Assembly: GCA_043228905.1 (NCBI GenBank)
Contig: JBHGNT010000004.1
Coordinates: forward strand, 1,178,001 to 1,242,000
Reading direction: 5' to 3'
Length of the DNA: 64,000 nt
DNA from: Azolla caroliniana
Lineage: Eukaryota; Plantae; Polypodiophyta
Shown in pieces: positions 51,982 to 64,000 of the stretch. Under the pieces are notes generated by a model. It saw only the letters and a list, made by a program, of their open reading frames with translations. It made no database searches and was not told the origin of the DNA. The first letter of the stretch is position 1. Each line of letters starts with the position of its first letter. Position numbers and translations under genes: made by a program.

Positions 51982-52192
51982 AAAGAAACAAACACGAGAG
52001 CTCAAACAAAAATTAAAGCGCGAAGCTGAAAGAAGAAGAAACACACACAAAATTCAAACAGAAGAAGACAGAAAGAAAGAAAGAAAGAAAGAAAGAACGA
52101 AAGAAAGAACTGTAAAAACAGCTGCACACAAAATCCTTCTTCTTCTTCTTCTTCATCTCAGTCTTCTGCTCCCTTCCCTTCTTTCTTCCGCC

Positions 52193-52270
52193 ATGGCTCG
52201 CCTCGACAGAGACAAAGAGAAAGACAAAGAGAAAAGCGTCAACGTTCAAGTCCTCCTCAGATGCAGGTGA

Positions 52271-52308
<38 letters not shown>

Positions 52309-55300
52309 TCGTCCATTCATTCTTCCTTCGTTTCTCTCTCCCTCCCTATACAGGTTTGATCCAAAATTTCTCTCTCTCCCTCTCTCCCTCTCAATTATCT
52401 TCTAATTCTTTCCTTTCTCTGCTAATCCATCTCATCAGAAGCATCTCCCTCTCCCCCCCTCTCTCTTATGTATATACATATATATATATATATATATATA
52501 GCTCTTTATTACTCCATTCTTCCTTTCTGTCAGATCTATGCGAATCCACATATTTCCTCTCTTCTGTGGTTCTCTCTCTTTCCTTATCTGATTCCTGCTA
52601 ATCCAAACTATATGCTCTTTTCTACCCCGATTCTTCATCATTATCATCTGCGCTGTCTTCTTCATATACAGGCCATTCAACGAAGAAGAGCTCCTTTCCA
52701 ATGCTCCGCAGGTCATCACGTGCCATGACTCAAAGCGTGAGGTCTCTGTCTCTCAAAACATCGCAGGGAAACAACTGGAGCGCACTTTCATGTACGATAA
52801 GGTAAGCCATTTCTCTTCTCTTTTCCTTTCTGTCTCCTTCCACGTTTCTCCATTTTCCTCTTATAAAAAGCCTATCTATATCCATTACATTTCCTCTTTT
52901 TTCTCCAAATTTCCTCCCACACTTTTCTAAAATTCTCTACTTCTATTACATGCCGTCATATTTTTCTTCAGTCTCCTTCACAAATCCCTATTTTCCCGTT
53001 TATATCTATCTATTTTTTATATAATCTGCTTCCTTTCATAAATTTGGCTACTTGCCGCTCATACATTTCTACTCTTTCATCACGTTTCCTCATCTTTCTC
53101 CATTTTCACTTTCACAGTTCTCCGTTTTCGTTCTCGCCTCTGTACCTTCCTTACATTTCTTCATGTTACTTCATTTTTTTGCCGTTACAAAATTTCTTTT
53201 TTTGCTTCTACCTCTTCGTTCCACCACCATAGCAATTTCTCCTAATTTTCTTTTCTTTTCTGTTTGTTCTCATACACCTCTCATCCTCATCCCTTTCCAT
53301 ATCTAATGTTGCTCATAAGATACGGTAAAGTTTCATTTTCCCTTCGCATTTCTCATTCTTTCTTTTACATATTTCCTAGGAGGGTGTGCCTCTTCTGCTT
53401 TTTTTCTCTTACATTTTTCTTTTTTTTCTTCACCTTCCGTAGCTATTGTTTTCTCTATCTAATCTGTTACCCATTTTCACTGCCAATATTCTCTTCCATT
53501 CTTCATTTATCTTAAACGTTCTCTTGCCAACCCTTTGTATAGCTAACGTTTCTCTTGCTTTCTGTCTGACTTTTGATCAGTATTGTTTTCTGCATCTCAT
53601 CTCATTTCTTTTGATGCAACATTTTCGTAGGTCTTTGGTCCACAGTCTCAGCAGAAAGATCTATATGATCAAGCTATCATCCCTATTGTCAATGAAGTTC
53701 TGGAGGGTTTCAATTGTACTATCTTTGCTTATGGACAGACTGGAACAGGAAAAACTTATACAATGGAAGGTTCAGGAAAGAGGTCACAGGTACTAGATTC
53801 AATTCAGTCATAAACATAGTGGATTTACCTAGAATGGTAAAATGTGTATAGATAATTCCGCTGGTTCTTGGATTATTACCGGCGGCTATAGTTTTGATCG
53901 GATGATTAGAGTTTATTGTTATTTTGGTCCTTTATTTTAATGTGTTTGATCAGAAAACGAGAGTTTACGGTCAGTTTGATCCTTTTATCTCAATGAGAGT
54001 TTGATCAGAAAATGACGGTTTACTGTTATTTTCATCCTTCTGCAATGTTGACCGCTTTTCTGACACGTTCTTTCAACTTTATTCATCAGAGAACTATGGT
54101 TGTCATTTTAAAAATTATCTTTGAATATTGATTGATCAAAATGGGGGTTTTTATCCTTTTGAACCAGTTCATTCAATATAACGGATAAAGAAAGCAGGGG
54201 TTTCTGTGTCACGCTGAGAACATTTCTTTCGATGTGATTGCTCAGATACTACATTTTGATCCTTCTCTTGTGGTGTAATTGGTTAGAATGAGGAGCTTCC
54301 ACCTGATGCTGGAGTGATACCTAGGGCTATCAAACAGATTTTTGACACCTTGGAGCTTCAAAATGCTGAATATTCCGTTAAAGTCACATTCTTAGAGCTT
54401 TATAATGAGGAAACCACTGATTTGTTGGCACCTGAGGAGCTATGCAGAGTTCCTGATGATAAGAGAAGGCCTTTAACGCTTATGGAAGATGGGAAAGGTG
54501 GAGTTATTGTTCGTGGTTTGGAAGAGGTTATTGTAACAAACTCAACAGAAATTTTCAATCTGTTAGATAGAGGTTCGGCCAAGCGGCGAACTGCTGAGAC
54601 TCTCTTAAACAAGCAATCCAGGTAGATAGTGTTTTTTTCTCTTAATTGTTCCTTTGTACGGTGGTTTCCTAAAGCTTCAAATAATTTTGTGGCATTGCTA
54701 CAAAATCCTTTTCCAAGTGCATGGTTTCAGCTTGCACTACATTGCTACCAAACATTTTTAATAAGAATAATTTCATGCATTATTATCAACTTCTTTTAAG
54801 GTGAATAGTTTCATGCTATTACTACACAGAGGTTTGTAAAATGAATATTTTCCTGTACTACCGGAAGATTTTTAAAATGATTTTTTACATTGTTGATGTA
54901 TCCAACGTTTTTCAAATTAAGCAGTTGATTTATGTTACATATCAAATCCATTTTAAAATGGCTAATAGGCTATTCAATATCACAATACTGCCCAGAAAAT
55001 TATAAAATGAATGGTTTGAGTTTACATTACATTACTCCATAAATTTCTTTGTTTTGACATTGTCATATTGTGTTTTACCAGTCGATCACACTCCATATTT
55101 TCGATAACCATTCACATCAAAGAATCGACGCCAGAAGGGGAGGATTTGATGAAATGTGGCAAGCTTAATCTTGTGGATCTTGCTGGTTCTGAGAACATCT
55201 GTCGCTCTGGTGCCAGAGAGGTTAGCATTTTGGTCCAAAGTACCGTACCATTCTTACCTGAGGCATCCTGTAATCTATCCTGATTAGTGTATAACTGTCT

Positions 55301-58300
55301 CCCCTCTTGTGCTCGTGATGGGTACGATTTTTCTGGATGTAACATTAAATGTACATATGCATGTCTTACTAGCGCAATGAGAATGTGTGTATACTATGAA
55401 GTCCTGTTATCTGCAGGCTGACATACTCTTATAAATATGGCATATTCATAAGAATGTAAGCTGTAACATACATATTTATGGACAAAGATAATGAGCTCAT
55501 TCATTTCGTGCAGTTACCCAATTTCTTTATTTTATGTAGGGTCGAGCAAGGGAAGCTGGTGAAATCAATAAGAGTCTCTTGACACTAGGCCGTGTCATAA
55601 CAAGCCTTGTTGAACATCTTGGACATGTTCCCTATAGGTAAGAATCGAGATGTAGACTTTGATTGTCGAAACAAGTAATAGATTCCAGGTGTAGATTTTG
55701 AAAGTCAAAAACAAATGTAGATTTTTTTAAAAACAAAACATTGCCAATTTATATTCCTAATGTATCTCTTGTGTTGTATTCTTTATCCTAAAAGGGACAG
55801 TAAGCTGACAAGGCTTCTGAGGGACTCTCTAGGTGGAAGAACCAAAACTTGCATCATTGCAACTGTTTCTCCATCTGTGCACTGCCTTGAAGAAACTATG
55901 AGTACACTGGACTATGCCCAACGAGCAAAGAACATCAAGAACAAACCAGAGGTGCATCATCTAATGATCCTGGTTAATGTTGTGATATACTTGCATTCTA
56001 AATCTTGATTTCTTTTGTGGTTCCTTTCTTTTTGTTTAAGGTAAACCAAAAATTAATGAAAACCACTTTAATCAAGGAGCTCTATGCTGAGATTGAAAGA
56101 CTGAAGACAGGTGAGTCTTGGTTTTCCTAAGTTCTTCCATTTCATTTTTCTCTTAAATTGGTAAGGTCTGTTTTTGAAGACTGAAACTTTTGCGGATAAC
56201 AGAACTACATGCTTCACGTGAGAAAAACGGGGTTTACATTCCGAAAGATCGCTTTTATCAAGAAGAAGCTGATAAAAAGGTTTGATGTCGTGGACTTTCT
56301 GGTCTTAGAATCATGAAGATATTGTAGGGTTGATTCTTACTATACTTTTGATTAAACAGACCATGGCCATGAAGATTGAGCAAGTGGAGGATGAGTTGGA
56401 ATCCAATCGAAAGGTGTGGCGTTTTTTTATTATGATGAGGATTCTCAACTCATCTATCTGGGTCCTTACATATACGAAACATTACTACATTGTGTGTTAA
56501 GAGTGGAATAAATTTTCTTATTGCTGATGCAGCTTTTGGAGGAAATGCAATGTCGATATGAATCCGAACTTGAGCTTTGTAATAACATCAGTGCCCACTT
56601 ACAAGAAAAGCAGGTTGAGAATGGTTAGGACCTGGTTTTCTGTGTTTGCTTTTTTCTCTATTATAGAGAGTAAGCTAGCTATTAGTTTTACAGAAAGATT
56701 TGAAAGACACAAAAGATGCTCTTATAAAAGCCAGAGAAGATATCAGGATTGCCAATGAAAAGATTGTTGAGAGAGACTTTATAATCTCAAGCCAAAGGCA
56801 ATATGGTTTGTACTATGAATGCCTTCATTGATATATCATGTTTGCAAACTAGACAATGGTTTTTATGTTTAACGAGTTGGTTTGACTTCTATTGAGCAGA
56901 AAGTGTCTTGCTTGAGAAGACAAACGATGTACGAGTGAACTTCGAGCAAACTGCCCAAGATGTCATCGGTCTTTTCACAAAGCTTGGTAAAAAGCTACAG
57001 TTCTATGTAACTATAGGCAAGTTTGTGTGAATCTACATCAGGGACTAAGTTTTCTTTTTTCCTGGTTGTGAAGATCTGAAGAAGCAAATTGATGTGCATA
57101 ACACGAAAACCCTCAAGAACTTCCAATCTGAGCTTGCCAAATGCTTAAACGCTCTCCAAAAAGATATTGTAACATCCATTTCAAAACAACAAGAAGATTT
57201 AACATCTATTGATAATCGGATCTGTGCATTCATGTCTTCCAAAAAACATGTATGTATTTTTTATGTTTTAGTAGTAATTGTTTTCCACAGAAGGACCAAG
57301 TTCTTATATTTGAGTGCCTTTTATGTAGTCTGCAGGAAGATTAAAATTGCAGATGGATGACTTGAAGTTGGTATATCTTTCACGACTTCAAGGTTTGCAA
57401 GAATTGGTTCAATCTCATGAAAGCAATGCTAATTCAATGTTCCAAAAATTTAACAACACATCTTCTGATCATGCTATTACACTTCAAGATGTAAGGTCAA
57501 AATTCAATGTATTATGTGATACTTCTGTACTATGTTTGTTTTTTTAAAGACCAAACTTATTTCCCAACCAGGTGCTACATGAAGCTGTAGTTGAGGCTGA
57601 ATTAATTGTACAAGATATACAAAATACGTTAACAAAGCAACAAAATGAAATAGCAGTCTTTGCTCAGCAACAAAAAGAGGTATTCCTTTGTCTGTATATT
57701 ATAACTTATAGAATCACGAGTTTTCTTTTTAATACAAACGAAGCCAAACTGAAGTCACAGTTTCTCAGGTCATAAACAGTTGCAATCTTTGTTGGCTGTC
57801 ATAGGTCTTTTAGAGACGTTTTTATATTTTTTTTTCAGGGTGTTGAAAAGAATATTTTGGCTACAAAAGTCCTTTGCAAATCCACATTTGATGCATTTGA
57901 TCAACTTGGCAATGAAACCGCTGATATATTCTGCTGCATCGAGGAATGTGGTTTGGTTCAGGAACACAGCTTATCCGAATTTGAGAAAACATTTGAGGTA
58001 TCTTTTTAAGTCTTAGGGTGCAAACTTGCTTCATGGTAACACAAGACATTACATGTATAGATAGCGGTCATCTTATTTGTGAGAATGTAATAATGAATTT
58101 TCATACATGATGTAAAATAGAAGATAGACAAACTAGAGGAGGGGGGGCTGGTGTGAGCAAACTCCATCAATAAAGAAGCACAATTATTTTCAGGAAAAAA
58201 AAATAGCCCTGATTTTTTTACATTAATTTCCTATAATGCTGCTAAGTTTTTGATAGTTCCCAAATACCCATTGCCAGTCTCCTTTCTCTCTCAATATGTG

Positions 58301-59935
58301 ATATGTGAACAATTATATGGTCAATTGACCCACTTTTTCCGACTTTGGGGGGTTGACCTAGAAGTGTTCGAGAAATTTAGGATTTTCAAAAGAAATTATC
58401 TAGTACTAAGAAGATTTCTCTATTCAAAGGAACAAGCTAGAGAAGAGGAGCAGCAAATGCTTGAAGCTATCACTTCTCTGTTAACAAAGTCAAAAGCTCG
58501 AAGATCTGCCAAGGTTACTGCTTGCAACTCTTTTCCCCTCATTTTTCTCAAGATACTACTTTAAATGTTCCTAATTGACTGTGTTTCATACATGCAAAGA
58601 TACGTGATACTGTATCTTGTCTAAGAGAGCAAGCTGCATCAGAAAGACACGCTATAAAAGATAGCTTAAATAAGGTGAAAAGCTTAACATCACAGGCTCG
58701 CAGTGGATGTGAATCTTTCATCAATCATTCTGAAGCCTATAGTTCTGAAGACCTTCGGAAGCTTGGAGCAAGTCATGGCCAATTGGAAATGCTTGTACAA
58801 AACTGGTATATTATGAAACTATCTAGGGAAAAACTCGCAAGTACATCTTGGTTTTCTTAATTTCAACAAATATCCCTTAGTTCATATTGTCACTCAGATT
58901 GTTCCGCAGTAGTGAATTCCTTTCATCTGTGGCTCAGATATATTTCTGCCTTTTTTAGTGTTTGTACTTCGGTTTTGTAGCTTCAAGAGTGCAAACGAGA
59001 CTGCAAATCTTTGGGGAAAAGTTCAAACTAGAGTTGATCAGTGCATTAAAGATCATACACCTGCGATTAGGTCCATAGTCAGGTTTGCTAGCCATTTTCA
59101 GAGTATTCATAAGAGATCTTTTACCTATTTTTTGTCTGTTGGATGTGCTTGGCCAGTTCTCTTAGTTCTTAATATTTGCCATATTTTGGCTTGTTTTATT
59201 TTGATTACAGGCAATCAAAGGACATCAATGCCAGTTTAAGATCAGAATTCAAGACCGAAATATCAGCAACTCAAGTAGAAATTGAGGCAGGCAATAACCA
59301 TTTATATGAACAAATGCATGGTATGTTCTAAAGACTAGAACATTTGTGTAGTTCCTTTACATTAAATACGCCTACTAACAAAATGCCACAAACATTCTTG
59401 CAGAGTGTGTAACCCTTGACGAGGAAATAGGGAACACATTACAATGCTGCATCTCGAGCCAACTAAGAGAACTTGCCACACTCCAGAGTTGTCATAGTAC
59501 TCTAGTTGAAGAGATGCAAAGTTTCTCAGATCATTCCTTTTCAGACATCAAGGTAATCTGTTCTCTATCCTCTAAATTTTTGTCACTAACTAATATTTTA
59601 TTTGGCTCTATCGTTATGAAGTCTAGTACATTTTATTCATCTTTGCATGAACTCAGTACCCTTATGGAATGGATATATTTCAGGAAGATCAGCCTACTAG
59701 CATGACGCCTATGAGGCGGAATATTCATGTGCCGAGCAAGGACTCCATAGATGAATTGCGAGCTCCCAAGACAGAGATTATCCTTACAAAATATAGGGAG
59801 AAGAAGTATAATGAAAGGTTAAGCGTTGTTGCTAAAGAAGATAAAGCTGTAGATTGTGAAAATCCTACAAATAAGCCTTCTTCACAGGTGTACCATATCC
59901 TCCCTACTCGGATACCTCTTGCCAGGTTAAACTAA
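52193..59935 (+). CDS. KIN5: Kinesin-5 (BimC/KRP125-like) mitotic motor; multi-exon
   Basis: [11 protein letters not shown]|[20 protein letters not shown]-loop, [68 protein letters not shown], coiled-coil stalk, C-terminal PTSMTPMRR BimC-box-like motif. Stop ends at 59935. Confidence 0.95.
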
Positions 59936-61451
59936 TTTCATGTGAAGAGGGTTAGTTATTTATTTGTCATATATGACATAAATTCTGTCTTGTATTGTAA
60001 TGATTCCAATAATGCATTAAGAGCAAATATCATCCTGCTTTTGATAATTGGATGCCGCTATGCCCTTTCTAACAAAGTATCGATTTTGATTGAGTATGGT
60101 GCTATTTCTCAGTAGATTGTACTAAGAAGGAATAGCAAACGTATCGATGTATGTGAATATGAGATTATTGTAGTCGGACATGGTGTAAATTGCAATGGTT
60201 TCTTTTCTTTTTTCTTTTTGTTTGAAATGGCAATGATGAAGGAATTTGGTAGTGTAGAAGTGAGTTTTTGCCTTCCAATATGTGTATAAAGATATGCATA
60301 TGATGCGTTGAACTTGAAGCGAGTGTTGACATGTGATTGTCAGACATTATCATAGTTATTGATGCATACATGTATTTGAGAAAATGAGTCTGAGAATAAT
60401 AACCAGAATATGCGCTAAATTTATAAACAGGGGGCACTACAATATATATAGCTTGTGGATCTTCAAATTGCAGTTGACAGTATAAATTCAGATAGTAAGG
60501 AGTTTATGATATCTATATATTGATATATGTTCATAGAGGGTTAGTGCAAATAACCGAGTCCAAGAATGTGTTTTGTTTCATCAGTCTATCCATGTAATGT
60601 GCTCCTCCCTTTACATAAAGCCCTACAGATCATTATGAGTTTCTGATGTTAGAGTAATGTGGTAAGAAAGAGAGTGCTATCATTGTAGTGTTTTCACATG
60701 CAAGTAATATTATTGTGTTTCCACAAAAGCCCTAGTAATGTCAAACTTTCAAAGCCATTACCAGCTTTTGTATAACAGGTTGGGTTGGAAATATGACACG
60801 TGCTTTCATGTGAATCACCAACTACTGACTCATTTTTGAAAGAGTGATTTGCCATTTGTAATGATCAATTAAGATGCAGCAAAGCACATTTGGCTCTATG
60901 AATGTGTATTTGTAGGAAAACCTTTGTTCCCAGATAAAGAAACTGTAAATTACCTAGGACAAGCCTATAATACATTTAAAGGGGGTTTTTACTAACTGTA
61001 CGTTGGTTGAATAGCTATGAGCCAAAGGATCCCAAGGCAAATATAATTGCACATCGTGACAGATTGTCCCCCTCCCTATGATTTGTACGGATCAATGACC
61101 AATCAAGAGTTTCTAGCATGTGCACATGCATGTCAAGCTAGTGTATATAGACCTATGTGATAATACAAATGATCATGTAACGTGCAAATGTATCGAACTA
61201 TTGACATGTCATAAAATAAGCTAAACTATTCTATATCAGAAGTGTACAAATTAATTGGGACACTTCCAAGAATTAGACCTCAATATAACCAATCCAGTCA
61301 GAAGTTACAAATTCAAATCAATATACATCTTCCCCGCATGCATCACATACAAATTTAAATAGTAAATTGTCTTCCACTATGCATTTAGAGGGTATATGGA
61401 GACTCCATTGATGGATAATGCATAGTCACGAACAAAGACACAAAATTCTCA

Positions 61452-63164
61452 TCAAGGGTCTTCAGCAACACTCTCTGGTGAAGAACCCACATTTTGCTCT
61501 TCAAAGCCTTGTTCATCATCATCGCCCTCTTCATACTCTTCAAAGGCTCCACTACTATCATTCATATTATCTTTGCCATTACCTCTCTTTACAAACTGCC
61601 CTTTGATTCGGGGCCTTTGTTCAGCAAGCTTTTTCCGACTCACGTAACGTATTTTTTTATCAAAGCATCGATCCTTGCGTTTTCGCCTGAATTTGTCCAA
61701 CGCAGCTTCTCTTCTCTCAGACCGACAAAACTGATGTCCTACCACTGTAGTACTAGTAGTATTAATAATATGATTTGTTGCAGGAAACCACCCATTAAAT
61801 GAACTCAATTGAGGGGCGGCCATATTTGCTGTGTGAGTATAATAGGGGAAAAGATATGGTGTTGAGGGACCTTGTTGACCTAAATTCGGAGGTTGCATAA
61901 GAGGTATTCCTGTGACCACGTTAACTGAATTTTCCCGTGTAAACCCATGATGGATTTGTAGGGTTGATGGTAACATGGGTGATAATGATGGCATGGAGGA
62001 GGTGATTCCACCATCAACATGCGTCAATAGATGAAAACTTGGAGTCTTCATATGTGAATCATTAAATTGTGCAAATGTGCCTGAACTCTCTATTTGATCT
62101 GATTCATTCTTGGACCCCAATTCATCATTGATGCCAAAGTATGATGCATTTGTTGACTGAACTTCTATGGGTAGTTTTTCGAAATTCCTCGACTGTGTAC
62201 CTTGGCTTGGAGGTACTCGAATAACTTCAGGTCTTGGATTGCTGTTAGTCGAATCACAATCCCTAATTTGCCTTGTTGATAACTTTTCAGTATCACTTTC
62301 CATTTCGCATGGAATTGGTGTTTGTCTAGTATTTGATATCTCATTAACTTTCGCATAGGAGAGAAATGCTGATGAACGAGCAATTTTGAGCTCTGTTTTC
62401 TTAGGGCATGATGCAACCAGAGCTGCAAGAGCACAATGTTTTTTTTTCACTAGAATGCAATTTTGGTCAGTTGACCAAACTCAATAATTTAGCTATTTCT
62501 CACCTTCTTTTGAAGAGGAAACTTCAGGATTACTCATGTCTAATGATATTCTCAAAGAAAGCTCCAGCTGTGGATTTCCCTCTGGCTGATAAAAATAGAG
62601 ATTTTCAGCATATAAATAAAACTTTACATGCATATCACAACAATGTGATGCACTCTATAAAGAAATGCTCACTACAAAACACACAAACAATTGATAGGCA
62701 GTCGTAATAAACAATAATAAACTGCTTATGAACGTATCAAGGTTTTGTAATTCATCATACCTCAACTCTACAAGGGACAAAGTTGCGTGCAGGTTCATCA
62801 TCAAAATATTTGAGGTCATCCATATCGTCAGAAAGAATATTTGTACCATTTGTATTGTTGGATTCACTTGTTTCTGATACAATGAGATCGAAAGGAATCC
62901 TTAATTTCTTGTTCAATGAGTGTTTCTCACTAAGCCCAAGCTGCATCCAAGCCAAAAGAAACTATTTAATGATGTAGTGGCCATGAATTGTGATAACGAA
63001 AGTCTTAGCAAGGGGTCTAATCTAAATCACCATTCGTCTCCTTCTCCAGGTATGAGTCCACAGATTAAGAAGCTCGTTCATCCGAAGTGGCTTCAACAGA
63101 TAATCAACAGCTCCCAAACTTAAGCACTTGACTATTAGACCCATTTCATCTCTTGTTGACATAA
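61452..63164 (-). CDS. TOC1: Pseudo-response regulator TOC1/PRR1-like (receiver C-terminus plus CCT domain); 5' exons lie outside the window
   Basis: Exon 63164-63031 reads [44 protein letters not shown]. Exon 62940-62761 reads [30 protein letters not shown] short exon follows at 62586-62535. The last exon has [17 protein letters not shown] and the CCT domain [41 protein letters not shown]. Confidence 0.9.
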
Positions 63165-63264
63165 CTGCAATGTAACTTCGGAATTAGTTCTTTTAGAGAA
63201 TTATCCATACATTGACACATGGAATTACTTCAACTTCAGGACAAACCAAAAAACTAAAGGGGAA

Positions 63265-63335
63265 AGAAAGAGAGGAAACCCTAGTGGTTGCTCTATGTAC
63301 ATCTCTCCTTCAATTATCCATTTAATCGCAGTTGT
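63265..63335 (-). mobile_element. Small Copia RT relic in a TOC1 intron
   Basis: The minus strand reads EGEMYIEQPLGF, the Copia RT Y-x-x-QP-x-GF motif. Confidence 0.45.
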
Positions 63336-64000
63336 CCACGCAATCGTCCCACCATTCCCTTCTGAGAAAACCGATAGTTCTACCTCAGCCTGTAATTACT
63401 ACCCAATGTCCAACTAGCCACTAGCCATTTTCCACTCTCCTCAACACAATTACGTAAAGTACAATATAAACCGAACTAAGAGTAAATAGAGGCAAAAAAT
63501 GAAGGCCTTTAAGCCATAAGGTAAGATCTCTACGATGACTTATCAAGGCTGAGATGACCTACTTCCAACCGGATTGAGGCCAGCTACCAATATGGACAGT
63601 ACAATCTTGGTATACAACATATACACCGAAGTCACAAGCTTCTCCTCCTTTTTAGAAAAACCTTAGAATTGACCATAGGCAGCTCCATTAAATTTCTGAT
63701 GAGTTTACACTCAATGCCAAACTTTCTAAGATGACTGTTTCACACCTTTCTTTCATTAGATGGGCACTACATTTGTAAGCCTACTATGAGAGCTGAGGGC
63801 ATTTTTACTGAATTTCCAGAGAGTTTTCCCACTTTTGTACATCTTGTATCAAGGATCAGTTATGTTGGCCTCTCACGGATGGATGTATTATCAGATATTT
63901 ATTCTTTATTTTTCTTGTTTTCAGGAATTATATCAGATCTTACTGGATAGCATTGTTTGTCTCATTGGCCATTTTGGCTTTTTGAAGATGTTTAACATAA

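Overview
Eukaryotic plant nuclear DNA with GT-AG introns and many microsatellites. The gene and TE content suggest a seed-free vascular plant such as a fern, but that is inference. Five host genes are present: the 3' part of an LRR-XI receptor kinase (+), a VAP4-type MSP-domain gene (-), UDP-apiose/UDP-xylose synthase AXS (-), a kinesin-5/BimC motor (+) and the 3' part of the clock gene TOC1/PRR1 (-). A ~24-kb TE cluster (about 15-38.8 kb) holds four things. (1) A tRNA-Trp-primed Ty3/Gypsy element with a slippery heptamer and pseudoknot, a predicted -1 frameshift signal placed after the protease. (2) A tRNA-Arg-primed Athila/Tat-like Gypsy element with a >1100-codon extra sense ORF after pol that has its own putative splice acceptor. 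(3) A LINE interrupted by a Copia element. (4) A second Copia fragment fused to the first. Both Gypsy elements have ~4% LTR divergence, apparent 4-bp TSDs and a deletion of the PPT plus the start of the 3' LTR. The AXS/kinesin intergenic region carries a 6x42-bp array containing an ERSE-like CCAAT-N9-CCACG and a hAT MITE rich in AACGG (MSA-core) motifs. All calls and coordinates were read by eye; no database searches were run.
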